53,356 bases of DNA, taken from positions 1 through 53,356 of IMG/VR virus record IMGVR_UViG_3300038548_000358, one strand, 5' to 3'. The stretch's first letter is position 1. Every line of letters begins with the position of its first letter. A model generated the notes under the pieces. The model worked only from the letters and a program-made list of their open reading frames with translations. It was not told where the DNA came from and did not search any database. Of the stretch, positions 20,663 through 29,806 are shown in pieces. The position numbers and the translations under genes were made by a program. This stretch comes from a virus. Its lineage: Duplodnaviria > Caudoviricetes.

Positions 20663-21007
20663 TTATCTTAGTTTTTGACTACTTCTTTCTAAATTATTAC
20701 CCCAAAGAGCGAGGATCAACACAAACGGTAGTTTCCACCCGAACCAAATAAATGACAAGGCTAGTGCAGTTATGCCTATTATTAATCCTAAAAATGCTTT
20801 TTTGTTTTTAGGTGCGTTCAGGCGCATCCGTTCAGTGTAGTGGGTGTGGAACTCTTCGTAAGTCTCAAACAAGAAAGACTCGTTTTCCCCCGTCTCAAAT
20901 ATGTAAGGGAAACAACCTAATATAACAGTCATTTTTCCTTTTGTGCAAAACTCTCCTTGAGGGAAAGTAAAGCCAAGAGCTTCTAATTTCTCAGTTAGGT
21001 CTTTCAT
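20663..21007 (-). CDS. Hypothetical membrane protein
   Basis: C-terminal hydrophobic hairpin. Tiled ORF. Confidence 0.6.
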   Translation of the reverse strand: MKDLTEKLEALGFTFPQGEFCTKGKMTVILGCFPYIFETGENESFLFETYEEFHTHYTERMRLNAPKNKKAFLGLIIGITALALSFIWFGWKLPFVLILALWGNNLERSSQKLR

Positions 21008-21009
21008 AA

Positions 21010-21369
21010 TTATCTGTTTTTATAGTAATTGGTACACTCATCCTGAATACAGCCTATTGATTTTCCAAATATGAAAAACCTCTTAATGGTTGAGCTGTTG
21101 CATTTTCCACACGTTCCACTCAATGAGTCGTTTATGACTCTACTAAGTGGTGGCTTAGGTGGTGGAGGTATTCCTTTTGAGCCTATCTTGTTTGCCCTAT
21201 CCACGATTTCCAGTATTTTCACATTGTTTTCGTTTACCTCTTTGATCACCCTATCTTGATTCGTATCCGTAGGGCCTGCTATGATTACTAAAACTACACC
21301 GAGCAATACTATGGCCACTACCAATGAGCCTATTAATGCCTCTAATACATTAAATAAATCTACTGTCAT
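21010..21369 (-). CDS. Hypothetical protein, N-terminal TM and C-terminal Zn-ribbon-like Cys motif
   Basis: CGKC...CIQDEC and a Pro-rich linker. Confidence 0.6.
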   Translation of the reverse strand: MTVDLFNVLEALIGSLVVAIVLLGVVLVIIAGPTDTNQDRVIKEVNENNVKILEIVDRANKIGSKGIPPPPKPPLSRVINDSLSGTCGKCNSSTIKRFFIFGKSIGCIQDECTNYYKNR

Positions 21370-21371
21370 GC

Positions 21372-21971
21372 CTAAGAGTTTAATATTCTAATCGTATGCA
21401 ACACCTCACGGCTCGAGATACCTGCATCTCTTAATTTCATGCTTACGGCAGCATCTCGGGACAAATCCTTCGACCCTTCCAACAATAGGGCTGCCTCCGC
21501 TACACCTATGGCGCTTTTTACAATCACGAACCTGAGCGTGTCACAGTATTCCTTATTGAGAAAGTTCTCTTCTGAGATTTGGAATGGCTTAGGTTGAGGT
21601 GCTTGAGTCTCGGTATCCTCTTTTAGGTGTTTGCGGTTAATCTCTACTAATCTGAACCAACCAGGTCGCAGATGACCGAAACGAAGGTGGAGACCTAACT
21701 CCCCCGCCTGAGACATGAGTGGGCAGACTTCTCCTGCCTCGAATTTCCCGCTGCCTGTCGTCAACATGTCCATGAATTCATTTTGTTTGATACTTCTAGT
21801 ATCCTCGCTGTTGGCTTCCTCTTTTTCAGGCTTCCTGCTCTCAGAATACCCTCTCATTCTTAGGTCTGAGTATTTCACCAATAGCTTTGATAGGCACCCA
21901 TGCGCCATACCTCCTACTGTTACGTATTCATCCTTGATGCCTTTGTTTCTTAAATATTCGCTTGCATTCAT
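21372..21971 (-). CDS. Hypothetical protein
   Basis: Tiled minus-strand ORF. Confidence 0.6.
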   Translation of the reverse strand: MNASEYLRNKGIKDEYVTVGGMAHGCLSKLLVKYSDLRMRGYSESRKPEKEEANSEDTRSIKQNEFMDMLTTGSGKFEAGEVCPLMSQAGELGLHLRFGHLRPGWFRLVEINRKHLKEDTETQAPQPKPFQISEENFLNKEYCDTLRFVIVKSAIGVAEAALLLEGSKDLSRDAAVSMKLRDAGISSREVLHTIRILNS

Positions 21972-21973
21972 AA

Positions 21974-22618
21974 TTAATCCTTTTTTAGTCTTGTTTCAAC
22001 AATTCCGATTAGTTCAGCTGCTCCATCCCAGTCCTCGATCACTTCATAGTAGTCAAACCTTTTACCTGTGGTGTCCTCTTTTTCGTGAACAGGTACATAC
22101 TTGAAGTTTTTATCCTCTGCATAAGCACAGTTGTTTGAGATGTATAACTCATTTTCTTTTGCCCACTTTCTGAACGTTTCGATATTTTTTGCAATGATGG
22201 CGATCAAGGTCTCTTGCTTTTTAGTTGGCTGAGGTACCTCATCAAACTTACTCCCTTTTTCGAGGGCCACATCTCCTGATTTAACCCCCTCAAGTGAAAG
22301 CTCAGCCAAGGGTTGCCAAGATCCGTTATAAGATACAACGATCTTCCCCTTTTTAAAATCATAGGTATCAGCTCCATGTACTTCTCTGAGTAACTTTTTA
22401 AACTCATCCCTGTAAACCTCATCAATTCTAACGGGAACAGGCTTGAAGTCTTTCCTGACTTTAGCCTCTTTGTTCAGGACTGAATATACTTTGTTGCTGT
22501 CTCCTTCGATAAAGGCTAGAATTACCTCTAAATAGGTGCCTGGTGCAGTTTTATAAAGGTTTCTGAGTACCCCTTTGTGGTCTCTAACGTACAACTTGTG
22601 TTTTTTAGTAACTATCAT
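21974..22618 (-). CDS. Hypothetical protein
   Basis: Tiled minus-strand ORF. Confidence 0.6.
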   Translation of the reverse strand: MIVTKKHKLYVRDHKGVLRNLYKTAPGTYLEVILAFIEGDSNKVYSVLNKEAKVRKDFKPVPVRIDEVYRDEFKKLLREVHGADTYDFKKGKIVVSYNGSWQPLAELSLEGVKSGDVALEKGSKFDEVPQPTKKQETLIAIIAKNIETFRKWAKENELYISNNCAYAEDKNFKYVPVHEKEDTTGKRFDYYEVIEDWDGAAELIGIVETRLKKD

Positions 22619-22625
22619 GATTTAT

Positions 22626-22967
22626 TTAGTATTTGATTGTTCGAATTATGGTGATGGCTCTTAATTGTTCTAGATTATCCGAGATAAACTTATCGGACAA
22701 TTCTTGGATACACACCACTGCGTTAAAATCTATGGGGGCGCTACTGGATATCTTTTTTGCTGCCACAAGAACTCTTATCAGTTCCGCTTCTCCGCAGACT
22801 CCATCCACTAGGTAGTTTACTCGGCTCCCAAAATCTCTAATGTTAGATTTAAAAGTATCTAAGCACACCACCTCAACGAATGGTTTTTGTTCACCTTTTA
22901 GTATTTTGCGGGCTAGCATCGATTTTCCGGTACCTTGCCCTCCTGTAATGATAGTTGTTTTTCTCAT
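22626..22967 (-). CDS. Small P-loop NTPase-like protein
   Basis: Walker A IITGGQGTGKS and a possible Walker B YLVDG. Confidence 0.65.
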   Translation of the reverse strand: MRKTTIITGGQGTGKSMLARKILKGEQKPFVEVVCLDTFKSNIRDFGSRVNYLVDGVCGEAELIRVLVAAKKISSSAPIDFNAVVCIQELSDKFISDNLEQLRAITIIRTIKY

Positions 22968-22970
22968 GAT

Positions 22971-23426
22971 TTATTTGATTTGGTAAAATGTTTTTATTAA
23001 ATCTTCGTGGTTTGCTAGGAACTCCTCTAGTATCGCATCAGATTTTAGAGCGATGAACTCCTGCGTGTAAAGGTGCATTGGGCTCTCTAAAGTGTCCTCT
23101 TTAGCAACTAAGACATATTTAGCCTGATCCCCGTCTCTCCAATCAGCAACCCAGTCACCGTTTGCCTCTTTCATTAGTTGGGTGAGCATAGCGTAGGCTC
23201 GTGAGGACTCTGCTTGTTCTTTTGTGGCGAAAATGTTTCTATCCGTCATCATTGCTGAGCTTGAGGCTTCCTCTTGGATGTCGCTTAGATCGGTAAGATA
23301 GTATCCCTTGATGCCACCCAGATCAGTCCAGCTTTTCGATAAACCTTTTTTAATTTCTAGGTTTTGTAGTTCTTTGATTAGGTCCAACCTTTGCTGTTCC
23401 GTGGTAATTTCTTGATTGATTTTCAT
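22971..23426 (-). CDS. Hypothetical protein
   Basis: Tiled ORF with NGDWVADW and F..KEQAE motifs. Confidence 0.6.
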   Translation of the reverse strand: MKINQEITTEQQRLDLIKELQNLEIKKGLSKSWTDLGGIKGYYLTDLSDIQEEASSSAMMTDRNIFATKEQAESSRAYAMLTQLMKEANGDWVADWRDGDQAKYVLVAKEDTLESPMHLYTQEFIALKSDAILEEFLANHEDLIKTFYQIK

Positions 23427-23429
23427 GAC

Positions 23430-23681
23430 TTATTTAAGTTTAGAGTAGATTTTTGCTAATTGGTCGAAGGTGCGATCTGTGGTATCGCTGGACCAAAACT
23501 CGAAGAAAGTCCCTACCTTTTTGGTTTCGACCTCAGCACGGCTGTGCCTAGTCTTGTAGAGTTGTCTCAACTCCTTGGAGCTGTAGCCTCCTGAGCCGTC
23601 CTGCTTGCTTGCGTATCTTTTGGTGTACACCATCCTGAAATAATTCTCGAGCACCCAGTCAAAGTAGTCCTGTTTTTTCAT
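23430..23681 (-). CDS. Hypothetical protein
   Basis: First ORF after a promoter-like gap (TACTTTAG at 23703-23710). Confidence 0.6.
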   Translation of the reverse strand: MKKQDYFDWVLENYFRMVYTKRYASKQDGSGGYSSKELRQLYKTRHSRAEVETKKVGTFFEFWSSDTTDRTFDQLAKIYSKLK

Positions 23682-23773
23682 GATATTTTTGTTTTGATGG
23701 TGCTAAAGTATTCTTTTATTCTGACATACGAAAGTTTTTTATGTAAAATAAGTAAAAAAGTTTTATACAACAG

Positions 23774-23803
23774 AAAAGCTCTTTAAATGAATAAAGAGCT
23801 TTT
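23774..23803. terminator. Possibly bidirectional intrinsic terminator
   Basis: 12-bp inverted repeat AAAAGCTCTTTA/TAAAGAGCTTTT. Confidence 0.65.
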
Positions 23804-23826
23804 AATATATTTTATCAGTATGTAGT

Positions 23827-24216
23827 TTAACAATTTCGTAAATATGACATGTAGTATGTATTATTTTGATCTTGCAGCTTACTTAAGTTGATAGTTGTCA
23901 CTTTGCCCATGCTATCGGTCAAATAGGACTTAAAGTAAGAATTTCGGTCATCTTCGTGTTTTGTAGATTTGTATGTCGCTATGAACACGGTACCGAAATA
24001 GTTATCCTCACTGCCTAAAACCTCAACCTTTTTACTCGTGGCAAGTATCTCCTTAGCTTGGCTAAAAAGCGTGGCCTGAGTTGCAACTAAATCAATAGTT
24101 ACGCTTATACTTTCGATTGTTGTGACTCCGACATCATCATCGCAGGAGGCAGCTTGTACCTCTACGGTTGAGAACATCAAGAACACAAATGCAAATAAGA
24201 AAAATAGTCTCTTCAT
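23827..24216 (-). CDS. Exported protein with signal peptide (moron-like)
   Basis: MKRLFFLFAFVFLMFSTVEVQA-A signal, with its own promoter-like box and terminator. Confidence 0.65.
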   Translation of the reverse strand: MKRLFFLFAFVFLMFSTVEVQAASCDDDVGVTTIESISVTIDLVATQATLFSQAKEILATSKKVEVLGSEDNYFGTVFIATYKSTKHEDDRNSYFKSYLTDSMGKVTTINLSKLQDQNNTYYMSYLRNC

Positions 24217-24259
24217 AATTTAATTGGTTTTTAATATTAAAATGTAAATATAGTTAAAT

Positions 24260-24616
24260 TTATTTTAATCTTGGTGGGTTAAGCGCCCTAGCTAGAAAAT
24301 ACAAAGCTATTGACTGCATAAACGTTATCTCGTTTAGGTTTGCGATCTCAGGCAAGGTGAGGTTCCACATGAAATAAATCACGGTTGTGTGGATTACTAT
24401 CCTCGACAGTATTTTACTGAACTTAGATGTAGCTTTCTTTTTTGTCTCAATCAGCTTTAGGTCCTCATCTTTTTGCCAAGTGTGTGAACCTCCTGGCCAA
24501 TCCACTCTGTATGGGCATTTTAGTCCCTCAACGGCTTCGGTTATCTTGCCTTTAAGCCCTGTTTCGTCATGTGTACTCTCTACCTCATCGCCTTCTTTAA
24601 ATTTTAATGTTTTCAT
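24260..24616 (-). CDS. Hypothetical protein (SH3-like N-terminus, hydrophobic C-terminus)
   Basis: KFKEGDEV...YRVDW pattern and a TM segment. Confidence 0.55.
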   Translation of the reverse strand: MKTLKFKEGDEVESTHDETGLKGKITEAVEGLKCPYRVDWPGGSHTWQKDEDLKLIETKKKATSKFSKILSRIVIHTTVIYFMWNLTLPEIANLNEITFMQSIALYFLARALNPPRLK

Positions 24617-24873
24617 CGTTATATTTTTATTTTAGTATCCTAGATAGCTTTGATAAGGCTCCCACATTAACTCGTATTCCTCTCTTAGCGCCTTGAACGT
24701 TCCCTCTGCTATGTCAGCTATTGACTGGCATAACCCACTGATGTGCATAAGTGCATACCAGCTCAACTCTGCTGCCAATACCTTTTTTAAGGCCTCTACT
24801 TGATCCTCTGGCACTTTTGCTATATCTGTGCCCTGTTGTCCGAAATATGCCTCTGCTGAGGTTATTTTTAAGT

Positions 24874-25233
24874 TTAGGTGCATGACTCTTTGATTTCGGT
24901 GGCTTTCTTGTGCCCACAACACCCACACGTTATGACCAGGCACTGCTTGTTTATCTGATCGCTTGTGAATCGGTCATTGTTTATCGTGAACTCATGCAAA
25001 TTACTTATGCTGTCGTGATCACTCCAATTGATCTTTAGTCCCACCCGTTTGAAATCTGTTGCTCTTAAAACCCCTCCACACTTGGCACAGGGTTCCTTCT
25101 TTTCAGTTGAGGTTCCTAGCGAAGCTAAGTAGCCCAATTTGAAACCTACCGACCCGTCTAGGTTGGTGATTGTTCCCTCGGCTAGTTCTTTTTGATAGGC
25201 TGCCTCCATCTGTTTGTTTTGATCTTCTGTCAT
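24874..25233 (-). CDS. Hypothetical Cys-motif protein
   Basis: CAKCG...CGCCG. Confidence 0.55.
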   Translation of the reverse strand: MTEDQNKQMEAAYQKELAEGTITNLDGSVGFKLGYLASLGTSTEKKEPCAKCGGVLRATDFKRVGLKINWSDHDSISNLHEFTINNDRFTSDQINKQCLVITCGCCGHKKATEIKESCT

Positions 25234-25236
25234 GGT

Positions 25237-25575
25237 TTATGCTTTTTGCAAATCACGGGCTATGCCCGCCAATTCGTAATCCTCGTTTTCTACTGCCTCA
25301 GATTCTATCGCTTCTAAGCTGTCGTTTGTTAGTTTCCTAAACTCTGTGGAAATTGTCCACCAAAGCCCTCCACTAGGGGCGACATGCATACACATGCACT
25401 GCGATTCTATACCGATATCAGTTGTTGGACCAATATTTAACACTTGTATCCCACACTTTGTGCAGTATCTGATAGCCTGTACTTCATATATCTTGCCTTT
25501 AGTTCTTACTTGGGCGTAACTGTCTGGGTTGGATGATAATGCGATAACACTATCACCGATTTCAATTTTTTCCAT
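25237..25575 (-). CDS. Hypothetical protein with Zn-ribbon and C-terminal UVR-like motif
   Basis: CTKCG, CMC and EAVENEDYELAGIARD (UvrB/C interaction motif-like). Confidence 0.6.
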   Translation of the reverse strand: MEKIEIGDSVIALSSNPDSYAQVRTKGKIYEVQAIRYCTKCGIQVLNIGPTTDIGIESQCMCMHVAPSGGLWWTISTEFRKLTNDSLEAIESEAVENEDYELAGIARDLQKA

Positions 25576-25581
25576 AATGCT

Positions 25582-25839
25582 TTATCTTTGTAATGTTGGT
25601 GAAATATATTGCTTATTAGTCTTTACTGGGTTTCTAAAATTAGAGCCTGTGTAGCAGTGCAAGGCTGCACGTCGCAGTGCTTGGTCTGCATCGTTAGCTC
25701 TTACCATGATGACCGCATCCTCTTCAATGGCTTTGATGTATGTCACCTCGTAGGTGTAGACTTTGTATGTAGGTCTTTTGGGCGTTGCAGGTCTTGCATT
25801 AGGTGGACCTGCTATATTTAGTACGTTTAGTATGCTCAT
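25582..25839 (-). CDS. Hypothetical protein
   Basis: Tiled ORF with overlap to the upstream gene. Confidence 0.55.
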   Translation of the reverse strand: MSILNVLNIAGPPNARPATPKRPTYKVYTYEVTYIKAIEEDAVIMVRANDADQALRRAALHCYTGSNFRNPVKTNKQYISPTLQR

Positions 25840-26219
25840 AATTGAGATTGTTTATACACTAAGTGATCCAACAAGGCAGAACAGGCGCATAGCGATATCA
25901 CTATCTTTAGTCCGCTGTCGAACCCATCAAAAAAGTTACATTGCCCAGTTAGCGCAAGCGCACCCATCTGTATTAGGAAGATAAATGCGTACCCTACTGT
26001 GATAATCTCTACCCCAGTACGTATGTTTTCAAATACTCGTAGTTGCTTTTTGGTTAACTTTTTCATGCTTATGTCTATTAGCCTTTTATCCAAGAGTAAC
26101 TGCTGAGTCCTAACCATTGATAGCTTACACTCTTTAATCCTGCCGACTGTTTGCTGCGTCTGCTCAACACTTTTTAAGTACTCCAGCCTACTCTCGAGTT
26201 CTTTTAGTAATACTTTCAT
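25836..26219 (-). CDS. Hypothetical membrane protein
   Basis: Two C-terminal hydrophobic segments. Confidence 0.55.
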   Translation of the reverse strand: MKVLLKELESRLEYLKSVEQTQQTVGRIKECKLSMVRTQQLLLDKRLIDISMKKLTKKQLRVFENIRTGVEIITVGYAFIFLIQMGALALTGQCNFFDGFDSGLKIVISLCACSALLDHLVYKQSQL

Positions 26220-26401
26220 AATTGAGATTCTTTGATTATTTTCCTGATTTTAATCTTTGCGGTGGCATCATCGTAGTTATACAACACTTTCTCGATCTTT
26301 AGGATATCCTCATCGGATAGCTTGATTGCCACATCCGTTGGGTTTAAATAGCGCCCAGAGGAGATGCATGCTTCTATGATATACTCTTGTTGAGGTGTCA
26401 T
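26216..26401 (-). CDS. Hypothetical protein
   Basis: Tiled ORF. Confidence 0.5.
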   Translation of the reverse strand: MTPQQEYIIEACISSGRYLNPTDVAIKLSDEDILKIEKVLYNYDDATAKIKIRKIIKESQL

Positions 26402-26412
26402 GGTTTAGTGGT

Positions 26413-26619
26413 TTAGAAAAATTGTAGGTCCTCAGGACTCTCCCCGTTCTCAAATGCATCTAATATGTCATCGGAGTGGACCTCTACGTCATCTATAGCG
26501 CACCCTACGTAGTAACTGTGAGACTCTAGATCTTGTTGCTTAAGCCAATTAACTGCCTCCTTTAGTGAGTTAAAACTAGCGACCTCGTTATCGTCTTCTG
26601 TGACTTTAAATCTTTTCAT
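26413..26619 (-). CDS. Hypothetical acidic protein
   Basis: Tiled ORF. Confidence 0.55.
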   Translation of the reverse strand: MKRFKVTEDDNEVASFNSLKEAVNWLKQQDLESHSYYVGCAIDDVEVHSDDILDAFENGESPEDLQFF

Positions 26620-26661
26620 GGTATTGATTTTAAAGGGGGTTTTTATTCCCCCTGTTTATTT

Positions 26662-26901
26662 TTAGTTTTCTAAATCGAATTCTCTATCTGAAACTTGTTG
26701 GTTTATCATTCGCTTAGCATTTAAAATCGCTTCCTTTTTACTCGTGAAAAATATACCGTCACAGTTTTCTATCTCGTAGTAAGTTGTTCCATCGAAAGTA
26801 TTTGTTCCTAAGTTTAGAGATATGTCTGTGAATTTCACTGAAGAGATTATGGCTGTAAAGTCTTGTTTAGTGTTGTTTAGTATTTGAGTTGAAGTTGTCA
26901 T
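26662..26901 (-). CDS. Hypothetical promoter-proximal (early-type) protein
   Basis: Directly downstream of a TATCTTTG promoter box. Confidence 0.6.
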   Translation of the reverse strand: MTTSTQILNNTKQDFTAIISSVKFTDISLNLGTNTFDGTTYYEIENCDGIFFTSKKEAILNAKRMINQQVSDREFDLEN

Positions 26902-26923
26902 GGCTATATCGTTTTGATTACAT

Positions 26924-26955
26924 CAAAGATAATCTTTTATTTCAATATACCAAAC
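26924..26955 (-). promoter_or_regulatory. Bacteroidota sigma-A-type promoter (-7 TATCTTTG at 26924-26931, upstream TTTG)
   Basis: Consensus match with an AT-rich upstream element. Same layout as 31537, 34948, 36944, 39369 and 51256. Confidence 0.75.
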
Positions 26956-26988
26956 ATTATTTTAATAAAAAGCGAAAATAATTTTATT

Positions 26989-28287
26989 CTACCAAACCTC
27001 TTTGGCAAACATGACGTACCTAGCAGCTGCCAAAGTATCGGGCTCGTGGCCTTGTGGCTCAGGTACGATCTTACCATTCTTGTCTACTTTCCAGAACCAG
27101 CTCTCTAGCCCTTTCTTAAGGTTGGTGCTTCGCTTAGTTATGAAGATATTATAACTCTTAAGTCGTTTGATCCCTATGGCTTGACTGCCTGCAGGTTTAC
27201 TCACTCCTCGAACATTGAAACCGTGTTTATACATGTCCCTGAGCTCAGTTGCTCCTGAGCTGTCCCCGATAACCATCCAGTTCTTGTATTGGCTAACATA
27301 GGTTAAGACCCTAAGCTCCAAGTCGGTGTAATTATAGTCTTTGATTTTGTCGTAATAGAAATCATCCGAATTAGGTAGGACCTCTTCCATGAGTTGGCTC
27401 TTGGCAAATTTAACAGCTAACTCATTCATTCGATCCACAATGGAGTCACGCTCAGCCCCTTTGATCTTCTCAGGCATAAGGTTGTTTTCACAGAACTCCT
27501 CATCAATGTAAACGTTTGGACCATCCACGTACATGTCAACTTTACAAGTAGGATCTGGGCTTTGCCCGAAATCCATCCCTGAGGGGATTCTTTTTGCCTG
27601 TTGAGGTATGGCATCATCTTCAATGATTGTAAACGATGAGTACACACGCCTGTCGGAGTACGTACCTGTTTTACCCTCACCATAAACTCTGAACCATTCA
27701 ACATTATCACGCCTACTCTCGATGTAGTCGACCTCAGCATCCGGACATTTCTCGTTGTCGATGTAGGTAACGATTATCTGTTCGTATATCTGTTCACCTT
27801 GTCTGTTCCTCAACTTAGGTATCTCAACATGTGCCCAGAATTCGAAATCAGGGTTATAGTCGATATAGACATCCCCATGTGTACGCCCAATGTATGTGGA
27901 TGCAACCGCCCAGCCAATCTTATTTCCCTCATTGATGTAGAGAATATCACGCCTTTTGGACTTACCTGCGCCCTCTTTATTATCTGAAATATAACGGAAT
28001 TGGATGGTTGACTCCCCGACAATTAGTTCACTGTCTGTTTTATTGTATGCTGATTTCCAGTCCAAGCCTGATGCCTCAAATTGGTTTTTAAAGTCATTAA
28101 TTGCACCATCCTTAAGGTTGGCATAAGTGTCAGTCATCACTGTAATTAGCTGCTTTTTCTCGTGTCCTTTTTCAATAAGTATCTGAGCCATGGTTACGTT
28201 TTTACCCGCACCTTGGCCTCCTTGGATGAGCTTGATCTTCTTTGTCATCCTCTTGACTAGGTAGTATGTGGAGGTACGAAAAATCAT
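26989..28287 (-). CDS. terL: Terminase large subunit (PBSX/Terminase_3-like)
   Basis: Walker A QGGQGAGKN, Walker B ILYINE, DYNP, nuclease GMDFGQSPDP, DTLAAARY. Confidence 0.93.
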   Translation of the reverse strand: MIFRTSTYYLVKRMTKKIKLIQGGQGAGKNVTMAQILIEKGHEKKQLITVMTDTYANLKDGAINDFKNQFEASGLDWKSAYNKTDSELIVGESTIQFRYISDNKEGAGKSKRRDILYINEGNKIGWAVASTYIGRTHGDVYIDYNPDFEFWAHVEIPKLRNRQGEQIYEQIIVTYIDNEKCPDAEVDYIESRRDNVEWFRVYGEGKTGTYSDRRVYSSFTIIEDDAIPQQAKRIPSGMDFGQSPDPTCKVDMYVDGPNVYIDEEFCENNLMPEKIKGAERDSIVDRMNELAVKFAKSQLMEEVLPNSDDFYYDKIKDYNYTDLELRVLTYVSQYKNWMVIGDSSGATELRDMYKHGFNVRGVSKPAGSQAIGIKRLKSYNIFITKRSTNLKKGLESWFWKVDKNGKIVPEPQGHEPDTLAAARYVMFAKEVW

Positions 28288-28863
28288 CTATTCGTCTGGG
28301 AATCGCTTGGATACGTTCTTGTATTCGATAGGAGCTACTTTTTGCTTATTGTCTTTTTCGTAGAAACCTGTGTGTTTGGCTATCTTCTCGATGGTCCAAT
28401 CTTTGCCATGCAGTTTCAACTCGATGCCATACTTTGTCTCCTTGATTGACTCAATACACATTGTTTGCTCCTCTGTCAACCTGGAGAAAGGTTTCCACCT
28501 AAGTTCCAAGTTTGTTGCATAAATATCTTGCATCTCCTCATCATCAAAACCAACATTTATTTTATTTTCAACGATTTCCACGTATTCTTTTATATTGCTT
28601 TTTCGTAGGATATCGAGGTGCCTCAGCAATTCCCCTGCGTCAACTTTGAACCTCTCTGTGGCTACAGCAGCCACTAAGTTCTTCAATTGCTTTATTCTAG
28701 CCGCCACTTTTGGAGTCTGTAAAACTTCGATGGCTCTCCTGTTCACAGTTGCTTTTTTCATGTTCTTGTAAGAGTATGACGCTCTATACGCATCAGATGC
28801 ACAAAGATGCCTAGCATAGCTTTGTGCAAAATTCTCCTGTCTATGTGTTAAGTCACCTTTCAT
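28288..28863 (-). CDS. terS: Terminase small subunit
   Basis: LTHRQENFAQSY...ASDAYRASYS N-terminal HTH and GIELKLHGK motif. Abuts terL. Confidence 0.88.
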   Translation of the reverse strand: MKGDLTHRQENFAQSYARHLCASDAYRASYSYKNMKKATVNRRAIEVLQTPKVAARIKQLKNLVAAVATERFKVDAGELLRHLDILRKSNIKEYVEIVENKINVGFDDEEMQDIYATNLELRWKPFSRLTEEQTMCIESIKETKYGIELKLHGKDWTIEKIAKHTGFYEKDNKQKVAPIEYKNVSKRFPDE

Positions 28864-28867
28864 GCAC

Positions 28868-28875
28868 CAAATATA
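28868..28875 (-). promoter_or_regulatory. -7 promoter box TATATTTG 4 nt upstream of the terS ATG
   Basis: Sequence reads TATATTTG-GTGC-ATG. Confidence 0.65.
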
Positions 28876-28961
28876 CTAAATTTATATTTGACCAAGAAAC
28901 GACCAAGATTTAGGTCACCTCTAAAAAGTACCTAAAATCACCTAAAACAAGAAAAAGGGAG

Positions 28962-29255
28962 GGAAACAAAGAGAAACAATAAGAAACAATCATTGTTTCC
29001 GCTACAGCCCGTGCCACCACTAGGTTTTTGGGCAAAGGAAACAAAGAAACAATAAAAAAGCCTCTGTAACCTTATAGCGCGTTTTATGCGTTTACCCGTT
29101 TTATATACCGTTAGTAGTTATATTTCTATATTTACTAATTAAAGTCTTTTACTATATTTATTGTTTCTTTGTTTCCCCACCCTGCCAAACCTCGCCACCA
29201 CTGAGTTTTTGGTGGAAACAATCATTGTTTCTTATTGTTTCTCTTTGTTTCCTTT
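28962..29255. repeat. Nested inverted-repeat element of GAAACAA units, copy 1 (origin candidate)
   Basis: 39-bp outer arms 28962-29000/29214-29252 (1 mismatch), perfect 20-bp inner arms 29037-29056/29157-29176, AT-rich core. Confidence 0.9.
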
Positions 29256-29632
29256 TTTAAAACTTAAAATGTGCCCTCCGACCAGTGGCATAGGTATGTA
29301 CAGACGTTTTACGGCATGAGTTGTTTTTTATTGGGTTTCCTAAAATATCGTGATTTCTCACTTTTTCAAAAAGTTGTGATTTTTAAAATCCCCAAAAATG
29401 TTTTTAAGGAAAAATAAGTATTTTGGAAATCATTGTTTCCCTTTTCAGTCAAAAATGACATAAAAAAGAGGTAAAAATAAAAGTGAAATAAATTGAAATT
29501 AGTACTAAATTACCCTAAAAGTGATACTTTTTTACCTCAACTTAGGTCACCTTTTGACCAAGATAAGCCCTAAAACGACCTAAATATGTACTAAAGTGAC
29601 CAAGATATGACCTAAAACGACCAAAGAAAAAC

Positions 29633-29806
29633 CTACTTAAAAGGCTTTATTTTCAGTTTAATCCCTCTTTTGTGCCCGAAATTCACCTCGGTAACGCTGC
29701 CCCACACCTTTTTGCCTGTCTCTCCATTTATATAAAACATCTTACTTCCTAGATCAGGTTGGCCTATTTTTCGCCATGTTTTACTATCAAAAATTCTAGT
29801 TGCCAT
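29633..29806 (-). CDS. Small hypothetical protein (57 aa, MATRIFDSK...)
   Basis: Not in the ORF track. Overlaps the stop of 29796..30116. Confidence 0.5.
   Translation of the reverse strand: MATRIFDSKTWRKIGQPDLGSKMFYINGETGKKVWGSVTEVNFGHKRGIKLKIKPFK

Noticed and set aside
28962-29255. CRISPR array (GAAAC/GTTTC-ended repeats with ~37-nt spacers)
   Set aside because: Units are inverted and unequal in length, the spacers resemble each other, and there is no cas operon. The DUF2800 gene is a replication-module nuclease.
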